From a candidate division FCPU426 bacterium (GTDB lineage: Bacteria > Oederibacteriota > PGYV01 > Palsa-1178), in assembly GCA_963840035.1 (NCBI GenBank), contig CAWIXE010000003.1, positions 256,001 through 320,000 on the forward strand: a DNA stretch of 64,000 bases. Direction: 5' to 3'. Position numbers and translations under genes: made by a program. Below, piece after piece: positions 19,915 through 28,590 of the stretch; within the stretch, counting starts at the first letter, position 1; the number at the start of each line of letters is the position of its first letter. Under the pieces are notes generated by a model. The model searched no databases. It was given only the letters and a program-made list of their open reading frames with translations, and was not told the origin of the DNA.

Positions 19915-21906
19915 TTGTCCAGGAAAAAGCCAGCGGCAAAACCGGCGGCAACTGACGGCGCCGGCTTCTTAAAAAAAATCATTATCCCCGCGGCGCTTGC
20001 CGAGCTCACGTTCCTCTTTATTATTTTCTCAGAAAACATCCTTCCGGCTCTTTACGCCGTTGCGTCCGGCGGCCTCCTGTTCTATTCGCTCTCATGGGCC
20101 GCCCTCGTGTGCATATTGTACATGCTCACTGAATCCATCAAAAACGGCAGGGCTCTGTTGATGTTTCTGGTTGTAACAGCCGCGGCAATTATTTTTTTTT
20201 ACATGAACTTCTGGTACAGGATGTGCCTCAGCGCTTTTTACATCCTGTTGATAGCTTTTTTATACCGCGGCACGGCAATTTTGCTGCCGGGAAAAACAAT
20301 ATTTACCGACGTGAATGGGTTTTATTTTAAAGCGGCTTCGGCAATGCTCGGGACCATACTTTTCTTTTCCATCATACGCAATGGCTGGGTCTCTGATGAC
20401 GCGTACATAACCCTGCGTACGGTCGATAATTTTGTGAACGGATACGGGCCCAGATGGAATGTCTTTGAAAGGGTGCAGGCATATACGCATCCCCTGTGGA
20501 TGCTGCTAGTGTCATGTTTTTACTTTTTTGCCAGGGACGCTTTTTATACGGTAATTGCCGTGTCCGTAGCCGCCGCCGCCGGCGCGATAGCGTTATACGC
20601 CTTCCAGTTCCGGAAAAAACCGCCGATGCTTTTTGCCGGTCTTATCATGATGTTCCTTTCCGAGGCGTTTATCGAGTTTTCCACTTCAGGGCTTGAAAAC
20701 CCGCTGACCTATCTTTTCATAGCGCTGTTTTTTTTAGTCTCCGCCGGAAAAAAAAGCGCGGGGGTAAAAAAGGTGTTCCTGCTCTCATTGATATCGGGTT
20801 TGGCAGCTTTTAACAGGATGGACACGCTGCTGCTTCTCGCGCCGGCGCTTGTGTATCAGGCCCTTGCGGTAAAAAAACCGGGCGTAATTAAGGCTGTGCT
20901 CGCGGGTTTTACGCCGTTTTTTATCTGGGAATTGTTCTCTGTTGTATATTACGGATTTCCTTTCCCGAACACCTATTATGCCAAGGTGGTGGATACAGGC
21001 TGGAGTGTGTTGTTTACCGCGTTCAAGGGATTTAAATATTTATTGAACCTTGCGGAAATGCAACCCGTAACTCTTTTTGTCATTGCCTCCGGGATAATCG
21101 CGGGGCTGCTGTCATATAAAAAAAACAGGCCGCTTTTTTTCCTTTCATTGGGCCCGCTGCTTTACACGCTTTATGTCGTGATAATCGGCGGCGACTTCAT
21201 GGCTGGCAGGTTCTTCGCGGCGCCTTTTTTCATGATGGTCTTTGTAATATCATATTATGAATTTGACCCTAAAAAACCGGAATATGTCTCATTCTTCGCG
21301 CTCATTTTCCTCTTTGCGGTCATATCGCCTTATACGCCGATAACAGGCGGCGCTTTTTTTAAATGGGGGGTCAGGGACAGCAACAACGTGGCGTATGAAA
21401 AATCTTTCTACATATATTGCTCAGGCCTTGCCGCGGGGACCGCCGATAAATACGGGACTCCGGTGCCGTACTGCGAATGGGCCATTGACGGCAGGAATTT
21501 CAGGATTGCAATAGAAAAGGGCAGGGACAGGGTTTATGTAACTAATAATACGGGGTACGTCGGCTATTTCGCCGGTCCTAAGGCATATATTATAGACAGG
21601 CTGGCTTTAACTGACGCGTTCTTATCCAGGATCAGGCCGGTCAGCGGCAGCGTAGGGCACTTGAGCAGGGCCCTGCCGGGAGGGTATGTCCAGACACTAC
21701 GCACAGGCAGCAACATGATAGAGACACCGGAGCTTAAGGAGTTTTATGACAGGCTGTGCGTTGTGACAAAAGGGCCGATTTTTTCAGCAGAGAGGTTCAG
21801 GGAAATATTTAATTTCAATACGGGAAAATACAGGAAGCTTGCCTCGCCAAAGACAATATTCATAGACACCACTTTCGAAGAGCAGGATAAAGGGGTTTTT
21901 GAGTAG
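19915..21906 (+). CDS. GT-C-type membrane glycosyltransferase (AftB-like)
   Basis: Multi-TM; WVSDDAYITLRTVDN...ERVQAYTHPLW, SGLENPL, PNTYYAK and GGDFMAGRF motifs. Confidence 0.8.
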   Translation: MSRKKPAAKPAATDGAGFLKKIIIPAALAELTFLFIIFSENILPALYAVASGGLLFYSLSWAALVCILYMLTESIKNGRALLMFLVVTAAAIIFFYMNFWYRMCLSAFYILLIAFLYRGTAILLPGKTIFTDVNGFYFKAASAMLGTILFFSIIRNGWVSDDAYITLRTVDNFVNGYGPRWNVFERVQAYTHPLWMLLVSCFYFFARDAFYTVIAVSVAAAAGAIALYAFQFRKKPPMLFAGLIMMFLSEAFIEFSTSGLENPLTYLFIALFFLVSAGKKSAGVKKVFLLSLISGLAAFNRMDTLLLLAPALVYQALAVKKPGVIKAVLAGFTPFFIWELFSVVYYGFPFPNTYYAKVVDTGWSVLFTAFKGFKYLLNLAEMQPVTLFVIASGIIAGLLSYKKNRPLFFLSLGPLLYTLYVVIIGGDFMAGRFFAAPFFMMVFVISYYEFDPKKPEYVSFFALIFLFAVISPYTPITGGAFFKWGVRDSNNVAYEKSFYIYCSGLAAGTADKYGTPVPYCEWAIDGRNFRIAIEKGRDRVYVTNNTGYVGYFAGPKAYIIDRLALTDAFLSRIRPVSGSVGHLSRALPGGYVQTLRTGSNMIETPELKEFYDRLCVVTKGPIFSAERFREIFNFNTGKYRKLASPKTIFIDTTFEEQDKGVFE

Positions 21907-21935
21907 GTGATTTACTATTTGTAAGCAGGTGTCTG

Positions 21936-21959
21936 GCAGCCGCAACCTTCAGGTTGCGA
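21936..21959 (+). repeat. GGYAGCCGCAACCTTCAGGTTGCG palindromic repeat (solo)
   Basis: Same unit at 46246, 51433 and 54808. Confidence 0.75.
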
Positions 21960-21988
21960 AAGGCGGCATTAATATTAATAAAAATAAT

Positions 21989-23087
21989 AAAAAGGTGTCA
22001 GGTCCTGATTCGTGATTCTATTTTATTGACAAAATAAAATTAGTAAATATAATAACAGTACAAGGACTTCAAATAATTAGTGAGGGCTAATTATGGGACG
22101 ACCATTACGCATGTTTTTATCCGGGTATTCATATCATGTGATAGCCCGGGGAAATGAAAGAAAAAATATTTACAGGGATGATATAGACCGGAAGAAATTC
22201 CTGAAAATAATGAAAGAAGCTGAAAAGGAGTTCCAATTCACGGTTTTATCATATGTTTTAATGAGTAATCACTATCACTTCCTAATTGAAATAAAACTAC
22301 CAAATCTATCCACTATAATGCATTTTGTGAATTTATCATATAGCCGGTATTTTAATAGTAAATACAAGCGGAGTGGGCATTTGCTCCAGGGGCGGTTTGA
22401 GGCGATACTGGTCGAACATGGTCAGGATTTGCTATATGTTTCGGCATATATCCACTTAAACCCTGCCAGAGCAGGCATGGTAGAGCAAGTTATAGACTAC
22501 CCGTGGAGTAGTTACAGGCAGTTTACCGGAGGGTTTGACAGCGGCATAGCAGTTCCGGAGATAATCCTGCAGATACTCTCGGAAGATAGAATGGAAGCTG
22601 TAATGAAATATGAAGAGTATGTAAAAACAACAGCTATGGAAAGCCCGGATAAGGCCAAAAAGCGGGTATATGGCGAGTATATTATGGGAAGCGAGAGTTT
22701 TGTAAGAGATATAAAACTTCTTTTAAAAGGTAGAAAGATGTCTAGAAGCATCGCCGGACGGAAGAAACTCAGAAAGATTTATGGGGAAGTAAATGTAACG
22801 GAAGCTGTTAAAAAGTACTATGATTCTGGCGATGAAATATTATATAATAAAAGCAGGTGGGATAAACAAAAGTGCATTCTGATGTTCCTACTAAAACGAG
22901 ACGCGGGTATGACATATGCAGCAATAGCCAGAAAGTTTGGGGACAGGGATTCAAGCGGTGTTGGTAGGATGTGTAAGAAAATTGTGGATGAGTGCGCACT
23001 TGGAGGGAGGATTGAAAAGGAAATAAGGGCGATAGAAAAAGCATATGTTAAAAAATAGAATCATGAATCAGGACCTGACACCTTTTT
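21989..23087 (+). mobile_element. Y1/HUH transposase unit bounded by 36-bp terminal inverted repeats
   Basis: AAAAAGGTGTCAGGTCCTGATTCGTGATTCTATTTT (21989-22024) and its reverse complement (23052-23087, 1 mismatch); the right end abuts a 5'-truncated gene. Confidence 0.8.
22093..23058 (+). CDS. Y1 (HUH) transposase / RAYT-like with C-terminal DnaA-C-like HTH
   Basis: YHVIARGN, YVLMSNHYHFL (HUH), GHLLQGRF, YIHLNP (catalytic Tyr) and YPWSS; AT-rich. Confidence 0.9.
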   Translation: MGRPLRMFLSGYSYHVIARGNERKNIYRDDIDRKKFLKIMKEAEKEFQFTVLSYVLMSNHYHFLIEIKLPNLSTIMHFVNLSYSRYFNSKYKRSGHLLQGRFEAILVEHGQDLLYVSAYIHLNPARAGMVEQVIDYPWSSYRQFTGGFDSGIAVPEIILQILSEDRMEAVMKYEEYVKTTAMESPDKAKKRVYGEYIMGSESFVRDIKLLLKGRKMSRSIAGRKKLRKIYGEVNVTEAVKKYYDSGDEILYNKSRWDKQKCILMFLLKRDAGMTYAAIARKFGDRDSSGVGRMCKKIVDECALGGRIEKEIRAIEKAYVKK

Positions 23088-23088
23088 T

Positions 23089-23316
23089 ACTGTTAAAGTT
23101 CCCGGCTGGGAGATCTGGCTGCCTTTTGGAATTCAAATTACCTCTCACATTTTAACAGCGTTTTTTTGGGGACCATGGCAATATAAACTTTCAACAGATA
23201 AATCGGGTGGGAAGAGCGTTTATCTTGCCAAAATATTAAAAACGCACTGGATTAGAACAGCATTATGGAATGCTTGCGGATTAATGTTCTTATTTATAAC
23301 AATTCAAATATTATGA
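23089..23316 (+). pseudogene. 3' fragment of a small membrane-protein gene truncated by the transposase IR
   Basis: Open frame TVKVPGWEIWLPFGIQITSHILTAFFWGPWQYKL...KILKTHWIRTALWNACGLMFLFITIQIL* with no start codon; its TGA overlaps the next ATG (ATGA at 23313-23316). Confidence 0.65.
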
Positions 23317-23825
23317 TCATGAAAACAAATGTTATTTTATTCTTATTTCTATCGGTTACATCCGTTTCTTTTGCTGCAGGCGCAGTTACCACAACAGCTT
23401 ACGCTGAGCAGAATCTTTTTCCTTATATCACAGTTCAATCTCTTGATGATAGACAAGTATCCTTGCCTTATGAAGTGACTTCCACCGGTAAAATTTCACT
23501 GGTAACCATTGCTTTTTCCAAGCCTGATGACAATGACATATCTTCTTGGGTAAAACCGTTTATAGATAACTTTGAAGGGAACAGCAAAACCACTTATTTT
23601 GAAATAGCTTTAGTCGGTGATATAGGCATATTGAACGGACTAATTTTTAATAATATGCGAGGAGGCGCTTCTGATGACAAAAAGAAACACGTACTGGTGT
23701 ATTTTAAAGATAAAGATGTTTATAAACGTTTGTTGAACATAACTGACGATTCACTAATATATATTTACCTTCTCGACAAACACGGTCTAATAAAACTTAT
23801 TAAATCCGGAAAAAAAGCATCATAA
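23313..23825 (+). CDS. Secreted thioredoxin-fold/ATP10-like protein, possibly prematurely terminated
   Basis: Signal peptide; FP...QSLDDRQVSLP, IAF...SWVKPF and YIYLLDKHG; frame stays open 17 codons past TAA 23823 to TAA 23877. Confidence 0.6.
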   Translation: MIMKTNVILFLFLSVTSVSFAAGAVTTTAYAEQNLFPYITVQSLDDRQVSLPYEVTSTGKISLVTIAFSKPDDNDISSWVKPFIDNFEGNSKTTYFEIALVGDIGILNGLIFNNMRGGASDDKKKHVLVYFKDKDVYKRLLNITDDSLIYIYLLDKHGLIKLIKSGKKAS

Positions 23826-23925
23826 AAGGATACTGAAGATATAAACAATGTTGCGCAAGCCCTCTTGATTCTCCAATAAAAAACATCAGTTAGTATGATA
23901 TATATTACCGGACTCCTGCCGTGAA

Positions 23926-23997
23926 TCTAATTTCGTATAAAATACTTTGTGCGCAATTACATAAATCCAGTTTCGTTAAATATTCATTATATTTATA
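23926..23997 (+). other. Left pair of 11-6-11 dif/lox-like recombination sites
   Basis: ATTTCGTATAA-AATACT-TTGTGCGCAAT (23930-23957) and GTTTCGTTAAA-TATTCA-TTATATTTATA (23970-23997). Confidence 0.6.
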
Positions 23998-24081
23998 GCA
24001 GCAATAAACTTTGACAAAATTTATAATTAGGCATATCCTAATAATCAAAGTTACCAAATACATGGAGGAAAAACATATAAA

Positions 24082-25371
24082 ATGACAAATATTATTAAAA
24101 CAATCTCATCTTCCGGCGCCGTACAAGGCGTCATTATCGGCGCCGTGCTGGGCTGGTACACGCTCGGAATTATCGCAAACATAAAGGCCGCCAAAGTCAA
24201 TGGCTGGATCACCATTTTCGGATGGGGCGTACCCGGCAATGGCATGGTGCTGCGGGCCGCGTGCGTTAAGATATTTCCCGGCCCGGTAAACGTGCCGAAG
24301 GAGGCGATGTACTGGACGACTACCAAAGACGGTGCGGGCAACAAACTCAACGGCAAATACGACTACATCATGCACTTTCCGGCAGGGCAGCTTCCGCCGA
24401 ACAATGCATTCTGGTCGTTAACGATGGGTGATGCCAAACAACGCTTTGTGCCAAACCCCCTCAATCGATACAGCGTCGGGGACAGGTCGGGCCTTGTGCC
24501 TAACGCCGACGGTTCCACCGACATATATATCCGGCACACGGCTCCGGCCGGCCGCGAATCAAATTGGCTGCCTTCTCCAAAGGGTTATTTTATACCCTGG
24601 CTGCGGGTCTACGAGCCTGGCGAGGCAATTCTTAACGGCAAATACCAGTTGCCGCCTATCGTCAGAGTACAGGCACAAGGCGCCACCGGCCGCCAAGGCG
24701 CAATACCGGAATATATATACACCAATCCATATGCGTCCGCCATGGCGGCGCTCTTCGCATGGGTCATCTACCAACACTTATCCACGGGGATCATGCCGCT
24801 CGCCGTGGCGGCCGCCATAGTATGGCCGACAGCCGCATTCCTGTTCATCTACTTTTGGCCGCGGCTCCTCTTAAACGTGTACAAAAAAGCGGCTCTAGTT
24901 AAGGGATTCGGAGACGGTCCTATTCCAATCAATACGCTCTATACACAGCCCCAGGCTCTCTTTGCGGACCCGCTCCATGCAACGCTGTCGCCGGGAAGCT
25001 CGCCATTAATGAGCATGGGCACGAACCGTGACACCTTATATGTGGTCGGCTGTCTTGACCTCTCCAAAGGGCCTCAAATCCTGCATGTGCCGGACATGGC
25101 CGGCCGCTACTACAGTGTGCAGTTTACCGACCCATCAGACAGCACTAACTTTGCCTACGTCGGCAAACGCGTCACAGGAACCAAAACCGGCGACTATCTC
25201 ATTACCGGCCCGCGCTGGAAAGGGACCATGCCGCAGGGAATGAATCAGATATCATCGCCAAATAATTCGGCGCTTGTTATCGGACGGGTGTTCGTGGAAA
25301 ATGACAGTGACCTTTCGACTGCCTATAACCTTTCAAAACAGATACAGCTCACGCCATTAAACAGGAATTAA
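24082..25371 (+). CDS. DUF1214 + DUF1254 membrane-anchored fusion protein
   Basis: DUF1214-like (PPNNAFWSLTM, NADGSTDIYI, NWLPSP) followed by TM segments and DUF1254-like (NRDTLY...LDLSKGP...VPDMAGRYYSVQ, GDYLITGPRW); GC-richer than its flanks. Confidence 0.8.
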   Translation: MTNIIKTISSSGAVQGVIIGAVLGWYTLGIIANIKAAKVNGWITIFGWGVPGNGMVLRAACVKIFPGPVNVPKEAMYWTTTKDGAGNKLNGKYDYIMHFPAGQLPPNNAFWSLTMGDAKQRFVPNPLNRYSVGDRSGLVPNADGSTDIYIRHTAPAGRESNWLPSPKGYFIPWLRVYEPGEAILNGKYQLPPIVRVQAQGATGRQGAIPEYIYTNPYASAMAALFAWVIYQHLSTGIMPLAVAAAIVWPTAAFLFIYFWPRLLLNVYKKAALVKGFGDGPIPINTLYTQPQALFADPLHATLSPGSSPLMSMGTNRDTLYVVGCLDLSKGPQILHVPDMAGRYYSVQFTDPSDSTNFAYVGKRVTGTKTGDYLITGPRWKGTMPQGMNQISSPNNSALVIGRVFVENDSDLSTAYNLSKQIQLTPLNRN

Positions 25372-25503
25372 CCATTATTTTTAGACGGCCGGCAAGTATA
25401 GATATAAAATATCCCGATTAAAAGGCATATTATTGGCAATGGCAGGAAATACTGATTTTAGCGATATGAATTAAATACTTTAAATCTTCATCAAACATCG
25501 AGT

Positions 25504-25577
25504 TCTAATTTTGTATAAAATACTTTGTGCGAAATTACTGTTTTTTAAAGTTTCGTATAATATAAATTATACGAAAT
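25504..25577 (+). other. Right pair of 11-6-11 dif/lox-like recombination sites
   Basis: ATTTTGTATAA-AATACT-TTGTGCGAAAT (25508-25535) and near-perfect palindrome GTTTCGTATAA-TATAAA-TTATACGAAAT (25550-25577); 25504-25538 is a 33/35 direct repeat of 23926-23960. Confidence 0.65.
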
Positions 25578-25657
25578 CATTCCCAACCCAAACACTTGAC
25601 AACCGTAAAAAACAACTATATAATAATGATAATACACATATAAAGGGAGGTACTTCC

Positions 25658-27343
25658 ATGAAAAGAAACATGCTGATTCTTACCGTAATGCTTGTACTCT
25701 CATCAATTTCCATGGCGAATTATTTAACTGATATTTCCGCGGTTGCCGCGGGCGCTTATCCGCGCGGTATTACGGCGGCGGATGTTAACGGCGACGGCAT
25801 TAAGGAAGTGGCTGTGGCTAATTTCGGCACTGAGACTTTAATCGGCCAGGACACGGCAAAAGAACCTGATTCCTCAATTTCCATATTTACTAAGTCCGGT
25901 AACGGGTCGTTTTCTGAACAAAAGATAAAAGCGGGCAAGTCACCCAGGGGTTTAGACGCGGCTGATTTTAACAATGACGGCAAAGATGAACTTATCGTAT
26001 CAAACTATGATGATGGCACTGTCATGATACTTTTAGGAGAAAGCACGGTAACTCTTCAGGCAGGAAGGCACCCGGTTGGCGTTGCGTCCGGAGACCTGGA
26101 TAATGACGGCAAAAAAGACATTGCAGTGGCCGTATATTCCGACAATAAGGTCGTAGTATTCTTAAATGACGGCATGTGGACCAAGAAGGAAATAACGCTT
26201 ATTGGTTCGCCCACTGACGTGGCCATCGGAAAGATCGGCAGGGGCAGCGCGATTGTCTCCGCCAATTATACGACGGGCGACTTAAGCGTAATAAGACTCG
26301 ACGCGTCAGGGCTTGTAAAGACTCAGGATTTAAAGGCCGGCGGCGGGCCGTGCAAGGTTGAAGTCGCGGATGTGACAGGCGACGGCGAAGCCGACATTGT
26401 GGCCTCAAACTTTTATGATTCCACGATTACCGTTATCGGCGTTGACGCGGGCGGGAATTTTAAGGACGCTGTTGCTTATCCTGTGGGCGGCAGGATGCCA
26501 AACGGCATGGCAGTGGCAGATGTTACAGGCGACAAATTAAACGATGTCATTACTGCAAACAGGGATGACGATACCATAAGCGTCCTTGTGCAAAAGGACG
26601 GAATACTTCTGGCACCGTATACAATCCAGGTTACAAAAGACGACGTAAAAACATACGGCCCGGTAGAGGTAATAGGGGCTGATATAAACGCGGACGGGTT
26701 AAACGACGTGGCTTTCACGCATATGAGGAGCAATACGCTTCGCGTTATGTACCAGCAGTTCCCGAAAGCGCCGGCGATAACCTCGGCAACCCATCCTGAC
26801 CAGAGCGCGTGGTATACTGAGGATAAGGCAGCGCTGTCATTAAGCACCGTTGACTTATCAGGCGTGGCTGGCTATTACTGGCTGGTGACAACGGATGAAA
26901 AGTACTTCGACATCAAAAAAGCGGCTTTCACGGAAACCGCCGATGTAAAAATATCCTTAAGCGACGCGGGTGTGAATTACTTTAAGGCTGTCACAAAGGA
27001 CATAAACGGCAATATCAGCGCGGTTCCCGCGGTATATAAGATAAACATTACCGAGGAAATGAGCGAGAAGAACACTTACAATTACCCGAACCCGTGCAGC
27101 GGCCCGACTACCATCAGGTTCGCGCTGGCAAAACAGAAGGAAGTAAAAATACTTATAACTGATATCAAGGACATTCCGGTATGGCACAGGGACCTCTCCG
27201 CGGCGGAAGTAATAGCCGGGGTGAATTCGATAACATGGAACCTTTTAAATGACGCGGGGAAAAGGGTGAATAACGGCGTTTATATCTTTAAGGTTATTAC
27301 AGCTGAAAAAACAGTTTCAAAGAAGATTGTAGTTATTAAATAA
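25658..27343 (+). CDS. FG-GAP/VCBS beta-propeller protein with T9SS-like C-terminal domain
   Basis: Repeated DxNxDGxxD motifs; NYPNP...NGVYIFKV...KKIVVIK; GGGAGG RBS before ATG 25658. Confidence 0.88.
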   Translation: MKRNMLILTVMLVLSSISMANYLTDISAVAAGAYPRGITAADVNGDGIKEVAVANFGTETLIGQDTAKEPDSSISIFTKSGNGSFSEQKIKAGKSPRGLDAADFNNDGKDELIVSNYDDGTVMILLGESTVTLQAGRHPVGVASGDLDNDGKKDIAVAVYSDNKVVVFLNDGMWTKKEITLIGSPTDVAIGKIGRGSAIVSANYTTGDLSVIRLDASGLVKTQDLKAGGGPCKVEVADVTGDGEADIVASNFYDSTITVIGVDAGGNFKDAVAYPVGGRMPNGMAVADVTGDKLNDVITANRDDDTISVLVQKDGILLAPYTIQVTKDDVKTYGPVEVIGADINADGLNDVAFTHMRSNTLRVMYQQFPKAPAITSATHPDQSAWYTEDKAALSLSTVDLSGVAGYYWLVTTDEKYFDIKKAAFTETADVKISLSDAGVNYFKAVTKDINGNISAVPAVYKINITEEMSEKNTYNYPNPCSGPTTIRFALAKQKEVKILITDIKDIPVWHRDLSAAEVIAGVNSITWNLLNDAGKRVNNGVYIFKVITAEKTVSKKIVVIK

Positions 27344-27383
27344 TTTTCAATTCTAAATTTTCAATTTTAAATTGAAAACATAC

Positions 27384-27415
27384 AGCGGGGCGTGAAAAAC
27401 GCCCCGCTTATTTTT
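27384..27415 (+). terminator. Intrinsic terminator-like hairpin
   Basis: agcggggcgt-gaaaa-acgccccgct followed by T-rich tail. Confidence 0.65.
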
Positions 27416-27426
27416 AAGGGGATGAT

Positions 27427-28365
27427 TTGAAGAAGAAAATTCTTTTTTTGATAATAATAACGGCGATTTTCCATTCCTCCGCATTTGCCGGGGTGACAGG
27501 GACCGGGGGCGGGGCGGCGGCTTTTTTACGCGCCGGCGCGGGGGCCAGGGCATTATCACTTTCAGGCGCGTTTACCGCGTATGAGGACGACTCTTCATGC
27601 CCGTATTGGAACCCGGCGGCGATTGCTTCATTCAAATATTTTGGCGTATCAACCATGTATTCATGGCTTACAGCCGAAAGAAAAAACAGCTTCTTAAACA
27701 TAGTTTTTCCGACGCAGGCCGGGTCATTTGCCTTAAATATCCTGAGCTTCAGCGTGGGAGACATAGAGCAAAGGACGGATGATACTCCGTTTTTTACCCT
27801 GTTTTCATACGATGACAATGTGTATTTCCTGACTTACGCCAACCGGGTTTATGAAAATATTTCTCTGGGCGTTAACGTTAAAATGATGCACACTTCTGTC
27901 AATGCCACGGGTTCCGCGGCAAACGCCCTGGGCGCGAGCCTTGATCTTGGAATGCTTATTAAATTCGGGGAATATGTAAATTTCGGACTTGTATTTCAGG
28001 ACATTGCCGCGAGGTATCTGTGGTCCACGGGCAATGACGAGAAGATACCGTTCTTAATGAGGCTGGGGCTGCTTGGAAAGCTTTTAAACGGAGATTTAAA
28101 CCTTTCGATTGACGCCGAAGAAAATGAGTTTGAAGGAGTGGCGTTTAAGGCAGGGGTTGAGGGTACTTTCGTTAAGATACTATCACTCAGGGCCGGCACG
28201 CAGTATTCCGCCAGCGGCGGCTACGCGTCATATTCCTTCGGCGGCGGGCTTAAATACTCCGTATCAGGCGTCATTTTCCAGCTTGATTATGCCATGCTTT
28301 TACAGGGGCTGGTGACGGCGGAGACAAACCATAAGTTGTCGCTAAATTTGTATTTTAAAATATGA
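27427..28365 (+). CDS. PorV/PorQ-like outer-membrane beta-barrel
   Basis: AAFLRAGAGARALSLSGAF...YWNPAA, LSLRAG, QLDYA and HKLSLNLYF. Confidence 0.82.
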   Translation: MKKKILFLIIITAIFHSSAFAGVTGTGGGAAAFLRAGAGARALSLSGAFTAYEDDSSCPYWNPAAIASFKYFGVSTMYSWLTAERKNSFLNIVFPTQAGSFALNILSFSVGDIEQRTDDTPFFTLFSYDDNVYFLTYANRVYENISLGVNVKMMHTSVNATGSAANALGASLDLGMLIKFGEYVNFGLVFQDIAARYLWSTGNDEKIPFLMRLGLLGKLLNGDLNLSIDAEENEFEGVAFKAGVEGTFVKILSLRAGTQYSASGGYASYSFGGGLKYSVSGVIFQLDYAMLLQGLVTAETNHKLSLNLYFKI

Positions 28366-28376
28366 GGATTGTATTT

Positions 28377-28447
28377 GAAGGGGCGATTTCCACTGGACTT
28401 CGCATGAATCGCAAGCATTGGTTGGGCAATTCGTGAATTGCCCCTAC
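28377..28447. repeat. GTAG-type REP doublet with a 14-bp insert in the left unit
   Basis: gaaggggcgatt[tccactggacttcg]catgaatcgc ... gggcaattcgtgaattgcccctac. Confidence 0.7.
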
Positions 28448-28487
28448 AAAAGAAGGTCAAAATATAAGAAGGATTATTATTAACACG

Positions 28488-28515
28488 TAAACCATTTTGT
28501 CAGCCTTAGCGTCTA
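28488..28515 (+). promoter_or_regulatory. Putative ECF-sigma promoter
   Basis: TAAAC-N17-CGTCTA; same -10 and spacing as the promoters at 53922-53950 and 54013-54042. Confidence 0.4.
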
Positions 28516-28590
28516 AAATACAGTTGAAAAAAGGCAAAAAATGTTATATTATATATAACAGGGAAAAAGAATAAATAAGGAGGTTTTAGC

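Noticed and set aside
25550..25577. Engineered loxP site or the canonical chromosomal dif
   Set aside because: Arms match only the TTCGTATA core of loxP, and there is no XerD-type TTATGTTAAAT arm. Kept only as dif/lox-like.
25511..25657. N-terminal extensions given by the ORF track (also 165, 1520, 13120, 40160, 46244, 47096)
   Set aside because: Downstream starts have better RBSs and signal peptides; the extensions run through repeats or promoters.
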